A stretch of 43,977 nt of DNA, taken from the NCBI GenBank assembly GCA_965648935.1, contig CBFGIY010000009.1:1-43977 (forward strand). Direction: 5' to 3'. Source of the stretch: a candidate division WOR-3 bacterium. GTDB lineage: Bacteria; Hydrothermota; Tepidihabitantia; Tepidihabitantales; Tepidihabitantaceae. Below the pieces are notes generated by a model. That model did no database searches. It saw only the letters and a program-made list of their open reading frames with translations, and had not been told where the DNA came from. Below, piece after piece: positions 8,401-16,176 of the stretch (the stretch's first letter is position 1; every line of letters starts with the position of its first letter). The translations under genes were made by a program, and so were the position numbers.

Positions 8401-9177
8401 ACCCAGCTCTCGATTTGCGGCAACGGCTGGATCGGACTCGGCTCGACCACGGTCTCGGCCTACTCCAACACGGCCCTGCCCACGTCTGCCATCACCGTAC
8501 CGGCGGTCTTCGCCAACTGGGACGACCTCTACCCGCCCACCGGCAACGGCGTCTGGCACTACCACGACGCGGCCAACAACCGCTTCATCGTCGAATGGGA
8601 CTCGGTCGCATACTACTCATCGCGCACGACCTTCGAGAAGTTCCAGGTCATCTTCTACGACACCACTCGCGCCGCGGCCGACGGCAACTGCGAAATCACA
8701 GTCCAGTACCTGAGCGCGGCACAGCCCGGCAGCTCGGCCACGCTCGGGATGCAGGACCCGACCCGCACCATCTTCATCCAGCAGGTCTTCGACGGCGCCT
8801 ACACCCGCGGCGCATCGCCCTGGGTACCGGGCCACGCGGTCAAGTACACCTCGGACGCGCCGGCTACCGGGCTTGAGGAAGGCAGAATCGGGTTCGCTCT
8901 GGGCAACCGCCGGCTCGCGGCCGCGCCCAGCGTGTTCCGTGAGCAGACCCGCATCAACTGGCAGGTTCGCCGCGACGGCCCGGTCGAACTGACCGTGTTC
9001 GACGCCTCGGGCCGCGCGGTCCGCTCCCTCGTGTCGGGCCGGATGACCGCCGGCGCGTACGCGATGGACTGGAACGGCAAGGACGATGCCGGCCAGCGGC
9101 TCGCCCACGGCATCTACTTCGTCCGGCTCACGACCGAGGACGGCGCGACCAGGGTCAAAGCCGTCCTCACCCGCTAG
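5440..9177 (+). CDS. Secreted C25-family (gingipain-like) cysteine peptidase with propeptide, Ig-like repeats and C-terminal FlgD-Ig/T9SS sorting-like domain
   Basis: Signal peptide; propeptide (GTPDLPV...IPAG); SDMYYSCLDGSWN; catalytic-like AHGN and AVCCHTG; LFGEPA; C-terminus VELTVFDASGRAVRSLVSG...WNGKDDAG..LAHGIYFVRL...KAVLTR. RBS AAGGAGG. Confidence 0.9.
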   Translation: MKRLSLLVLAAFSLGLAASVTHTFTYSPTSLKLSESNGYTLVDFAGLPRGDRLGTPDLPVAPAQVVIPAGAELTGFEIVDVRYEPVPGTYDVMPVQYAQAYTTDPLEFPFVSPDPASYSGIWPAAPAELTAQGTKSGYRLVSFRVYPVRYDAAARTLSIVTRLTVRVTYENGKNHVARRSDLQIALHGRQVRELVLNPQDVDRFAPPKKTGEYGSAFLPAGTYEHVILATSLYKDSLARLRDWRTRQGWRSIIVPIESVCAVYPGVDTAEKMRNFLKDAETTWSTIFCFIARKDWPANQFRRVYGNVSGYPVENMPSDMYYSCLDGSWNRNGNNIWGEPGDSVDCLADIHVGMITLDGFAELSKYLAKLFRYEFTPDTGWFTKALLGNDVTFSNNFHDSIANATPSPPWFDLKMYTTGGMITPTPQRYIDSLQSGYPITAIIAHGNIDLYGMGGNITSPMMNALTNANRLSMITAVCCHTGEWDQTGNTNGDCIAENMAFHAPNGFVGVMKNARYGWVAVAEFFNYSICYGLLGFRTPRRITQGEALSYGKDYWHPLVAVTTDTSKFRYEAFERTLFGEPAVPIWTGRAFTASVTRPGAINIGSGIAVPITVTTGTDAPVESAMVCLVKGNETFARGFTDASGQVTLTVSPLTPGMMSLTVTGANNLPVLDSIVVMAAGKFVSYLRHSVNDSIGGNSDGIINPGESFRLPMWVKNYGTQTAQGVTGRLITRVAGVTVTDSIKSFGNIAGGDSARNAQGFGLTVATGLPNNYAIPCSVVCRDNQDSVWVSYVTLRVGAPSIAFVDKRVRDENGSRPNGKLDPGETADLEVSIRNAGLGHAYNVRATLRSGDPRLVVTDSAAAYGTILSDSTAVNTGDRFTLAASASIPPETPIACTLDIYADAGYYSRSVFTIIVGEIRVVDPMPDGPRQPALYWAYDEVDTDYDECPVFEWVEINNRGTRLTLSDDQTVVVPIPTAFGPFRFYGQDYTQLSICGNGWIGLGSTTVSAYSNTALPTSAITVPAVFANWDDLYPPTGNGVWHYHDAANNRFIVEWDSVAYYSSRTTFEKFQVIFYDTTRAAADGNCEITVQYLSAAQPGSSATLGMQDPTRTIFIQQVFDGAYTRGASPWVPGHAVKYTSDAPATGLEEGRIGFALGNRRLAAAPSVFREQTRINWQVRRDGPVELTVFDASGRAVRSLVSGRMTAGAYAMDWNGKDDAGQRLAHGIYFVRLTTEDGATRVKAVLTR

Positions 9178-9197
9178 CCGGCGACAGGCCGAAACTT

Positions 9198-9227
9198 CGA
9201 GGGGCAGGGCTTCGGCCCTGCCCCTCG
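9198..9227 (+). terminator. 13-bp GC hairpin with C-UUCG-G loop after the C25 gene
   Basis: CGAGGGGCAGGGC-TTCG-GCCCTGCCCCTCG, 20 nt after the stop. No U-tract. Confidence 0.6.
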
Positions 9228-9704
9228 TGCTCGCTTCAACTCACCGCGAACAGCAAGCGCCACAGCAGGTTGGAAAGGCCCACTATCGGAACATACCGAT
9301 CTCCCACTTATCATGTCAGGCTAAATCGAACGATGCTGGAAATGCCAGCTAAGACATTACGGTACAATCGGTTGCGACAACAACCTAAGAACTACCCCTC
9401 TTGTCTCCCCCACGGCCTGACCGGCGAGTTCGCAGAGCCTCGAGCGGGCTGTCGGGCGCGGGCATCGAAACGGCTCTCTGCGCGGCACAGTGCCGGGATC
9501 CGTGCTGGACATTGCAGCCGGTCTCGCTGACGGTCCGTCAACGCACCCCGGCCCCGGCCCGAAGGCGGGCATAGCGCCCGACCCGGAACCGCGCCCGGCA
9601 CGATCCGCTCTTCAGTGCGCTGACGCGTCTCTTTGTCATTGCCGCGAGCAGACGCAAGCCGGCTCGCCTCGCTTGTGCTGGCTCTTCGGGCCGGCCCAGC
9701 CCCT

Positions 9705-11114
9705 CTACCGTGCTACGACGACCCGGACGGTGTGCGATTGATGCGCGCTGATTGCCTGTCTGACAAAATAGACGCCCGGTGCAAGCCAGCTCACATCGTT
9801 CTCGGCTGCACTCAGACTCATCACGCGCCTGCCGCAGGCATCCAGCAGCGCAGCCCCCAGCCGCGAGCCACAAGCCGGCGGCGGCAGACCAAGCGCCCCG
9901 CGCACGACCGTCGGCCCGGGCGTGCCGCGAGCGCGGGCAGGTGTTTCCTGCCCGTCCGCGACGGCAACCGTAGCCGTGTCGCGGATGACCGAGACGCTGG
10001 AGTCGAGGCAGTTGGCAACATGCACCCGACCGTGTGCCGGGTTCGGGAGCAGCGCAACCGGGCCACGTCCCACATCCACGGTCGCCACGACCCGCGCGGT
10101 CGCCGCATCGATTACCGTGACGGTGTTGCTCTCGTAGTTGGCGCACCACACCCGACCGCGCGCCGTGTCAAGGCACAAGGCCCAGGGCTGGCGCCCGACC
10201 CGCACCGTCGCGACCACCGAATCGCCCGCGCCGTCTATGACCGCGAGGCTGCTGTCGTACTGATTGGCGCACCACACCCGGCCGCGCGCCGTGTCGCAGA
10301 CCAGCGCCACGGGCAGCTCGCCGACGGTCAAGCTGGCGAGGACCGTGTCGGCCGCGCCGTCGATGATGGTGACGTTCTTGCCGAAGTGGTTGGCGACGTA
10401 GACCTTGTTGTCGCGCGGATTATAGCAGGTGGCCCAGGGATGATCCCCGGCACGCACGGTCGCGACGACACTGTCGAGCGCGCCGTCAATTACCGTGACG
10501 TCGTCGCTCTCCATGTTGGACCAGTAGAGCTTGTTGCCGCGGGTGTTGTGGCAGACCGCCCACGGGTTCACGCCCGTGCCGACCGTGGCGACAACGCTGT
10601 CGGTCGCGCCGTCAATCACCGTGACGTTGTCGGTGACGAAGTTGCCGCAGTACACCTTGTTGTCCTGCAGGTTGAGCCCGAGCGCATACGGGAACTGGCC
10701 GACCGGGATGGTGGCGATGATTGAACCGGTCGCCGCGTCAGCGACAACCACCCGATTACCGAAGTAGTCGGCGAAGTAGACCTTGCCCTCAATCGGGTTG
10801 TGGCAAACCGCGTACACGGCCGGGCCGGCCCGGATGCGGCGGACGATACGGTTTGACCTGCCGTCGATGGCGACGATGCAATCGCCGTTCTCGCCTCCGA
10901 CGTAGACGACATCGCGCGCCTCATCAATGGCAAGACAGCGCGGCGCGGCCAGCCGCCCCGAATTGTCGCACAGCTCTATCGTAGCCTCAAGATACTGCGC
11001 CGAACCCGCGGCCCACAAAAGGAGCAGCGCCGCCGCAACCGGCAGGGCATGGCGCGTCCTGCGACACAAGGGTGCCGCTCCCGGCGCGATTGGGCTATGC
11101 CGAAGTACGGTCAC
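9705..11114 (-). CDS. Secreted YncE/YVTN-repeat beta-propeller protein with short C-terminal sorting-like domain
   Basis: Signal-like AAALLLLWAAGSAQ; ~42-aa repeats (NKVYVAN...VTVIDGA.DSVVATV.VG..P); C-terminus LLDACGRRVM...LAPGVYFVR...RVVVAR. GTG start supported by the adjacent promoter. Confidence 0.87.
   Translation of the reverse strand: MTVLRHSPIAPGAAPLCRRTRHALPVAAALLLLWAAGSAQYLEATIELCDNSGRLAAPRCLAIDEARDVVYVGGENGDCIVAIDGRSNRIVRRIRAGPAVYAVCHNPIEGKVYFADYFGNRVVVADAATGSIIATIPVGQFPYALGLNLQDNKVYCGNFVTDNVTVIDGATDSVVATVGTGVNPWAVCHNTRGNKLYWSNMESDDVTVIDGALDSVVATVRAGDHPWATCYNPRDNKVYVANHFGKNVTIIDGAADTVLASLTVGELPVALVCDTARGRVWCANQYDSSLAVIDGAGDSVVATVRVGRQPWALCLDTARGRVWCANYESNTVTVIDAATARVVATVDVGRGPVALLPNPAHGRVHVANCLDSSVSVIRDTATVAVADGQETPARARGTPGPTVVRGALGLPPPACGSRLGAALLDACGRRVMSLSAAENDVSWLAPGVYFVRQAISAHQSHTVRVVVAR
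10138..10295. repeat. Near-identical 32-nt direct repeat with 126-nt period in the propeller gene
   Basis: TTGGCGCACCACACCCG(A/G)CCGCGCGCCGTGTC at 10138-10169 and 10264-10295, 31/32 identical. Confidence 0.85.
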
Positions 11115-11122
11115 GCAGGCTG

Positions 11123-11151
11123 GTTATAGTCTGTGTCCCGGCCTCGGTCAA
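11123..11151 (-). promoter_or_regulatory. Sigma70-like promoter, probably leaderless transcript
   Basis: TTGACC (11151-11146), 17 nt, TATAAC (11128-11123), then 8 nt to GTG 11114. Confidence 0.6.
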
Positions 11152-11195
11152 GACTCTCCCGCAGGCCGAGCTCTGGCGAAGGAACGCGGACCGGA

Positions 11196-12548
11196 CTAGG
11201 GTTCTATTGCGGTGTAAAAGGCGCTGCGGCCGCGGAGAACCCGCACAAGCAGGGGCCGCTCGCTACCCTGCATCGCGCGCCGGATGCGGGCGAAGTCGGC
11301 CCGGCTGAGCACCGGCGCGAGGTTGACTTCGATGATGACGTCGCCGGCCGAAAGCCCCGCATCGGCCGCCGGCCCGCCCGGCTCCAGCCCGGCCACGACC
11401 ACGCCCGCGCCCAGACCGGTGCGCAGACGGTCGGCCGCCTCGATGTCGCGCACGCGCAGGCCAAGCCACTCCGAGGTCGGCAGCTGGGGCCGCGGCTCGG
11501 TCGAGCTGACCGGCCACGCGCCCAGCGCGACCTCGGTTTCGACCCGCCGCCCCAGCCGGATGTACTCGAGCTTGACCCGCGTGCCAGGCAGGCGGCCCGC
11601 GACCGCGTTCTGAAACCAGCGCACGTCGGTCACCGGCCTGCCCCCGAGCTCAACGATGACGTCGCCGGCCCTGAGCCCGGCCCGAGCGCCCGGACCGCTC
11701 GGGTTGACCGATGCGACGATGACACCGAGCGTGTCGGCGAGCCCGAGCGCGGCGCGCATCGGCTCGGTCAAGGCCTGGGTGTTGATGCCGGCGTAACCGC
11801 GCCGCACCGTGCCGTCGACGACCAGCGCGCGGGCGACATCGCGCGCAAGGTTGCCCGGCGTGGCGAAGCCGATGCCCGTGTTCTTGCCCTCGCTCGTCCG
11901 GATGAAGCTGTTGACCCCGACAACCCGGCCGCGCGCGTCGACCAGGGGCCCGCCCGAGTTGCCCGGGTTGATGAGCGCGTCGGTCTGGATGAAGTCCTGG
12001 AAATCCGGTCCCGAGCTCTTGGGCAGGCCCCAGCGCGACAGGCCGCTGACCACGCCGGCCGAGGTCGAACCGTCCAGCCCGAATGGGCTGCCCGCGGCGA
12101 GCACCGGCTGGCCCGGCTCAAGCGCATCCGAGTCGGCCCACTCGACCGGCACCAGACCCCGCGCGCCCGCGACCCGCAGCACCGCGAGGTCGGTGGCCGG
12201 GTCACGGCCAACCACGGTCACCAGCGCGTTGTCAATGGTGCGGCCGTCCGAGAACCGGACCGCGATAGACTGATAGTCGGCGATGACGTGATTGCAGGTC
12301 AGGATGTGACCGAGCGTGTCGATGACGAACCCGCTGCCCGCGCCCCGCACCGAGTAACGCCGCACCGCGCCGCCGACCCGCCGGGTCCGCAGCCGCTCGG
12401 TCGACAGCGACACGACCGACGGCAGAACCCTGCGCGCCGCCGCGACCAGAGACTCCTGGGCCGGCGCGGCTGCGGCGGCGAGCGCCAGTAGGAGCGCTGC
12501 TAGCGGCCGCGCGCGGCCTGGCCCAGCCGGAAACCCTCTTCCAGGCAC
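11196..12548 (-). CDS. htrA: HtrA/DegP-family serine protease with two PDZ domains
   Basis: GSGFVI, LTCNHV, TDLAVL, IQTDALINPGNSGGPL, two GL.AGDVI PDZ motifs. Start uncertain because it overlaps the upstream gene. Confidence 0.92.
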   Translation of the reverse strand: MPGRGFPAGPGRARPLAALLLALAAAAAPAQESLVAAARRVLPSVVSLSTERLRTRRVGGAVRRYSVRGAGSGFVIDTLGHILTCNHVIADYQSIAVRFSDGRTIDNALVTVVGRDPATDLAVLRVAGARGLVPVEWADSDALEPGQPVLAAGSPFGLDGSTSAGVVSGLSRWGLPKSSGPDFQDFIQTDALINPGNSGGPLVDARGRVVGVNSFIRTSEGKNTGIGFATPGNLARDVARALVVDGTVRRGYAGINTQALTEPMRAALGLADTLGVIVASVNPSGPGARAGLRAGDVIVELGGRPVTDVRWFQNAVAGRLPGTRVKLEYIRLGRRVETEVALGAWPVSSTEPRPQLPTSEWLGLRVRDIEAADRLRTGLGAGVVVAGLEPGGPAADAGLSAGDVIIEVNLAPVLSRADFARIRRAMQGSERPLLVRVLRGRSAFYTAIEP

Positions 12549-13048
12549 TTGACGTTTGTCGGTATGGTCTTGGGCTTGCGCGCGAACTCGTGCCGGGCCA
12601 TCGCCACGACCGCCTCAAAGGGCAACAGGTCGACCGCGCCGACGTACGCCCCCAGCATCACCATGTTCGCCGCCTTGCCCGTGCCCGCGTCGATGGCAAT
12701 CTGGTTCGCCGGCACATCGACAACCTTCAGGTCATCGCGCCCGGGCCGCGCCGGGATGAGCGAGGTGTTGACGATGATGAACCCGCCCGGTCGCAACGCC
12801 GGCGCGAACTTCTCCATCGACGGCAGGTTCATCACCACGCAGTCGCGCGGGTGCGACACGATCGGCGACGCGATCGGCTCGTCCGCGATGATGACGGTGC
12901 AGTTGGCCGTGCCGCCGCGCATCTCCGGGCCGTAGGACGGCAGCCAGACGACCTCGCGGCCCTGTTCCATCCCGACCTCGGCCCAGAGCTTGCCCGCGAG
13001 CAGCACGCCCTGCCCGCCGAAACCGGCAAAGACCGTCTCAATTTGCAT
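12500..13048 (-). CDS. 2-oxoacid:ferredoxin oxidoreductase gamma subunit
   Basis: AGFGGQGV, PSYGPEMRGGTANC, ANMVMLGA. ATG 13048 after AAGGAGG. Confidence 0.93.
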   Translation of the reverse strand: MQIETVFAGFGGQGVLLAGKLWAEVGMEQGREVVWLPSYGPEMRGGTANCTVIIADEPIASPIVSHPRDCVVMNLPSMEKFAPALRPGGFIIVNTSLIPARPGRDDLKVVDVPANQIAIDAGTGKAANMVMLGAYVGAVDLLPFEAVVAMARHEFARKPKTIPTNVKCLEEGFRLGQAARGR

Positions 13049-13829
13049 TGCCCGCCTCCTTGGCCGGTTCGGCCGGCGCCGCCGCCTCATCCTCCGGCTT
13101 CTTGAAGTTCTTCACAGGGTAGTAGGGCAGCATGTTGTCCTCGAGCCAGCGCGTGGCATCGAAGGGCGACATCCCCCAGTTGGTCGGGCAGGTGGATAGT
13201 ATCTCGACGAACGAGAAGCAGCGGTTCTCGGCCTGGTGTTTGAAGGCCTGGAGCAGGGCACGCCGCGCCTTCACGATGTACGTCGGGTGGTGAATCGCGA
13301 CGCGCTCGATGAAAGCCGGCGTGCGCAGACTCGAAAGCAGCTCGCACATCCGTATCGGGTAGCCGACGTCGGCCGCATCGCGGCCGGCCGGCGATGTCGT
13401 CGTCACCTGTCCCGGCATTGTCGTCGGCGCCATCTGGCCCCCGGTCATGCCGTAGATCGCGTTGTTGATGAAGACGATGGTGAACTTCTCGCCCCGGTTG
13501 GCCGCGTGGACCGTCTCGGCCATGCCGATTGAGGCGAGGTCGCCGTCTCCCTGGTAGGTGAACACGATGAGGTCGGGCCGCGCCCGCTTGATGCCCGTCG
13601 CCACGGCCGGGGCCCGGCCGTGCGCCGCCTGCATGAAGTCCATGTTGAAGTAGTTGAACGCCAGCACCGAACAGCCGACCGGCGCGATGCCGACCGTGCG
13701 CTCGCGCAGCTTCAGCTCGTCGATGACCTCGGCGATGAGCCGGTGCGCCACTCCGTGGGTGCAGCCCGGGCAGTAGTGGGTGCGCGCTTCGGCCAGCGCC
13801 TCGGGACGCTTGAAAGTCACTGTTGCCAT
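13038..13829 (-). CDS. 2-oxoacid:ferredoxin oxidoreductase beta subunit (TPP-binding)
   Basis: HYCPGCTHG, PVGCS, HGRAPAVATG, QGDGDLASIG, NNAIYGMTGGQ, CPTNWG. Confidence 0.93.
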   Translation of the reverse strand: MATVTFKRPEALAEARTHYCPGCTHGVAHRLIAEVIDELKLRERTVGIAPVGCSVLAFNYFNMDFMQAAHGRAPAVATGIKRARPDLIVFTYQGDGDLASIGMAETVHAANRGEKFTIVFINNAIYGMTGGQMAPTTMPGQVTTTSPAGRDAADVGYPIRMCELLSSLRTPAFIERVAIHHPTYIVKARRALLQAFKHQAENRCFSFVEILSTCPTNWGMSPFDATRWLEDNMLPYYPVKNFKKPEDEAAAPAEPAKEAGNAN

Positions 13830-13841
13830 TGCCGTCTCCTT

Positions 13842-14900
13842 CTAGGCAGCGCAGTGCCGCTTGACCTGCTCAACGATTTCCTCGGGGCTGGGCACGATGC
13901 CGCCGGTCCGGCCGAAGAACTGCACCGGCTTGTCCGGCCCGACCGAGAGCCGCACGTCGTCCAGCATCTGGCCCATGCTCATCTCGACCGTCAGCACGAC
14001 CCGGGCCGGCCGCGCCAGCTCGCGCACCTTCGCCTCCGGAAACGGATAGAGCGTTATCGGCCGCAGCAGCGCGGCAGCGGTCCCGGCTGAGCGCAGCTGG
14101 GCGATTGCGGTCTTGCAGATGCGCGCCGTCGTGCCGTACGCCACGAGCAGAACATCGTAGGGCTGGTCCGTGCCGTACTCCTCGAAACGGACCTCTTCCC
14201 GCTTCATCCGGTCGTACTTCTCCTTGAGCCTGATGTTGAGCTCCTCCTCGACTTTGGGATCAAGGTGTAGCGAGTTGATTATGTTCGGCCTGGCCCGGCC
14301 ATTGATGCCGGTCGCGGCCCAGTCTTTCGGCGGCAGCGGCGGGAAGCTGAACTCCTTGAACTCGACCGGCTCCATCATCTGGCCGATCATCCCGTCGCCA
14401 ATGATGATGACCGGCGTGCGGTAACGATCGGCCCGGTCAAAGGCCAGCGGCATCATATCCACTGCCTCCTGCACCGATGCCGGCGCCAGCACAAGCGTGT
14501 GGTAGTCGCCGTGGCCGCCGCTTTTGACCGCCTGATTGTAATCGCCCTGCGACGGCAGGATGCCCCCCAGACCCGGGCCGGCCCGCACTATGTTGACCAC
14601 GACCGCGGGCAACTCGGCCGCCGCGATGTACGACAGCGCCTCCATCATCAGGCTCATCCCCGGACCGGACGACGACGCCCAGGCCCGGGCCCCGACCCCG
14701 GCCGCGCCGTAGAGCATGTTCGACACCGCAACCTCGCTCTCGGCCTGCAGGTAGGCGCCGCCGACCTCGGGCAGACGCCGGGCCAGGTACTCGGCGATCT
14801 CCGACTGCGGGGTCAGCGGATAGCAGAAATAGACCAGCCCGCCGGCGCGGATTGCCGACTCGGCAATCGCCTCGTTGCCCTTCATCAATACTTTAGCCAT
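13842..14900 (-). CDS. vorB: 2-oxoacid:ferredoxin oxidoreductase alpha subunit (VorB-like)
   Basis: LMKGNEAIAE, YPLTPQSEI, QAESEVA, SSSGPG.SL, RAGPGLGGI.PSQGDY, VEMSMGQM. Confidence 0.9.
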   Translation of the reverse strand: MAKVLMKGNEAIAESAIRAGGLVYFCYPLTPQSEIAEYLARRLPEVGGAYLQAESEVAVSNMLYGAAGVGARAWASSSGPGMSLMMEALSYIAAAELPAVVVNIVRAGPGLGGILPSQGDYNQAVKSGGHGDYHTLVLAPASVQEAVDMMPLAFDRADRYRTPVIIIGDGMIGQMMEPVEFKEFSFPPLPPKDWAATGINGRARPNIINSLHLDPKVEEELNIRLKEKYDRMKREEVRFEEYGTDQPYDVLLVAYGTTARICKTAIAQLRSAGTAAALLRPITLYPFPEAKVRELARPARVVLTVEMSMGQMLDDVRLSVGPDKPVQFFGRTGGIVPSPEEIVEQVKRHCAA

Positions 14901-15135
14901 CTTTGCGCTCCTCGACCGCGTCGAGCTGCTCGATCGTTATCGCGACTTCGGGGCACTGCATCGCGCAGAAACGGCAGCCAATGCACTTCTCCTGCGCCAC
15001 GACCTGCGAGAAGAAGTAGCCCTTGTCGTTGATCTCCCGGGACATGCCGAGCACGCCCTTCGGGCAGACCTTGTTGCACAGCTCGCAACCCTTGCATCGG
15101 TTGCGTTCGACCGTCACTCTGAACTGCTTTGCCAT
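14893..15135 (-). CDS. 2x[4Fe-4S] ferredoxin (oxidoreductase delta subunit)
   Basis: CKGCELCNKVCP and CIGCRFCAMQCP. ATG 15135 after GAGG. Confidence 0.93.
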   Translation of the reverse strand: MAKQFRVTVERNRCKGCELCNKVCPKGVLGMSREINDKGYFFSQVVAQEKCIGCRFCAMQCPEVAITIEQLDAVEERKDG

Positions 15136-15143
15136 AATACCTC

Positions 15144-15911
15144 TCAGTTGCCGACCCGGTACTTGCCGAGCCAGTTCGACCGCTCCCACGGCTTGAGCAT
15201 CCGCCGGTCCAGCACCAGCACCGGCAGCCCACACCGCGCCGCGTCGAACCGCTCCAGCATCGATCGCGCCACCGCGACAAATGCGACCCGGGTGCCTGTC
15301 GCCTCGGCCACCTCGCGGCCGAGCGCGATGCCCTCCTCGATGACCTCGGGCGTGGTTTCGTCGACCAGGTGCGAGTTCACGACCAGGTCGGTCATTGCCA
15401 GGCCGCCGGCCCGGCCGACCTCGTCAATCATCCGGCGCGCCCCGGCCGCATCGGCCGTGAACGGCCGGCGCGAATTGAGCACGAAGTAGGCCGTATGCGA
15501 ACCCGGCTCCAGCCGGGCAGCTATCGACCGCATGACCCGCGCCCCGACCGGGTCGCCACCCAGGTCCAGGACCACGGTCCGCCGCCGGCTCTCGATCGCG
15601 CCGCGGATGCCCGGCTCGATGACCGGCAGGTCGGCGTTGACCAGCTCCTCGCTGGGCACGATGACCTCGATGCCCATCTCGCGCAGCGGCGCGCGCACCT
15701 CGCGCGAGCGGAAATAGGGGTTCACGATGTCGAGGTCAGCGATGCTCACCGCGCGGCCCAGCCCGGCGAGAGCGACCGCGAAGTTCACCGCGACCTCGGT
15801 CTTGCCCGACCCGTAGCCGCCCGCGAAGAGGTTCACCGGGCGCAGCGATTCGAGCAGGCCTGTGGCGTTGATCCAGGCCGGTGTCTGCTCGGTGCTGCCG
15901 GGTTGGGACAT
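15144..15911 (-). CDS. P-loop ATPase (CobQ/MinD/ParA-like nucleotide-binding domain) heading the oxidoreductase operon
   Basis: GGYGSGKTE, DLDIVNPYFRSRE, LDLGGDPVGAR. Confidence 0.85.
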   Translation of the reverse strand: MSQPGSTEQTPAWINATGLLESLRPVNLFAGGYGSGKTEVAVNFAVALAGLGRAVSIADLDIVNPYFRSREVRAPLREMGIEVIVPSEELVNADLPVIEPGIRGAIESRRRTVVLDLGGDPVGARVMRSIAARLEPGSHTAYFVLNSRRPFTADAAGARRMIDEVGRAGGLAMTDLVVNSHLVDETTPEVIEEGIALGREVAEATGTRVAFVAVARSMLERFDAARCGLPVLVLDRRMLKPWERSNWLGKYRVGN

Positions 15912-15919
15912 GGACAGTC

Positions 15920-15948
15920 AGACTAGCCCGAAACTGGCTGCAGGTCAA
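15920..15948 (-). promoter_or_regulatory. Sigma70-like promoter, probably leaderless transcript
   Basis: TTGACC (15948-15943), 17 nt, TAGTCT (15925-15920), then 8 nt to ATG 15911. Confidence 0.55.
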
Positions 15949-15975
15949 CCCTGCCCGCGGCCGAGTCCAACGTTC

Positions 15976-16003
15976 TTGACAGGGCGGCGCGGTCCGATAT
16001 AGT
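15976..16003 (+). promoter_or_regulatory. Sigma70-like promoter for tRNA-Val
   Basis: TTGACA (15976-15981), 16 nt, TATAGT (15998-16003). Confidence 0.7.
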
Positions 16004-16033
16004 CTCGCCTTGTGTCCCTGTTCAATGACATCC

Positions 16034-16109
<76 letters not shown>

Positions 16110-16116
16110 TACCTGC

Positions 16117-16154
16117 GAGGTGTGGGGCCATTGGCCTCACACCTCTTTTCTTTT
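16117..16154 (+). terminator. Intrinsic terminator after the tRNA
   Basis: GAGGTGTGGGGCC-ATT-GGCCTCACACCTC followed by TTTTCTTTT. Confidence 0.85.
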
Positions 16155-16176
16155 GCCCGATGACAAGCGAGGTGAT

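Noticed and set aside
9357..9741. Short ORFs between the C25 and propeller genes
   Set aside because: Low-complexity translations with no RBS, promoter or motif.
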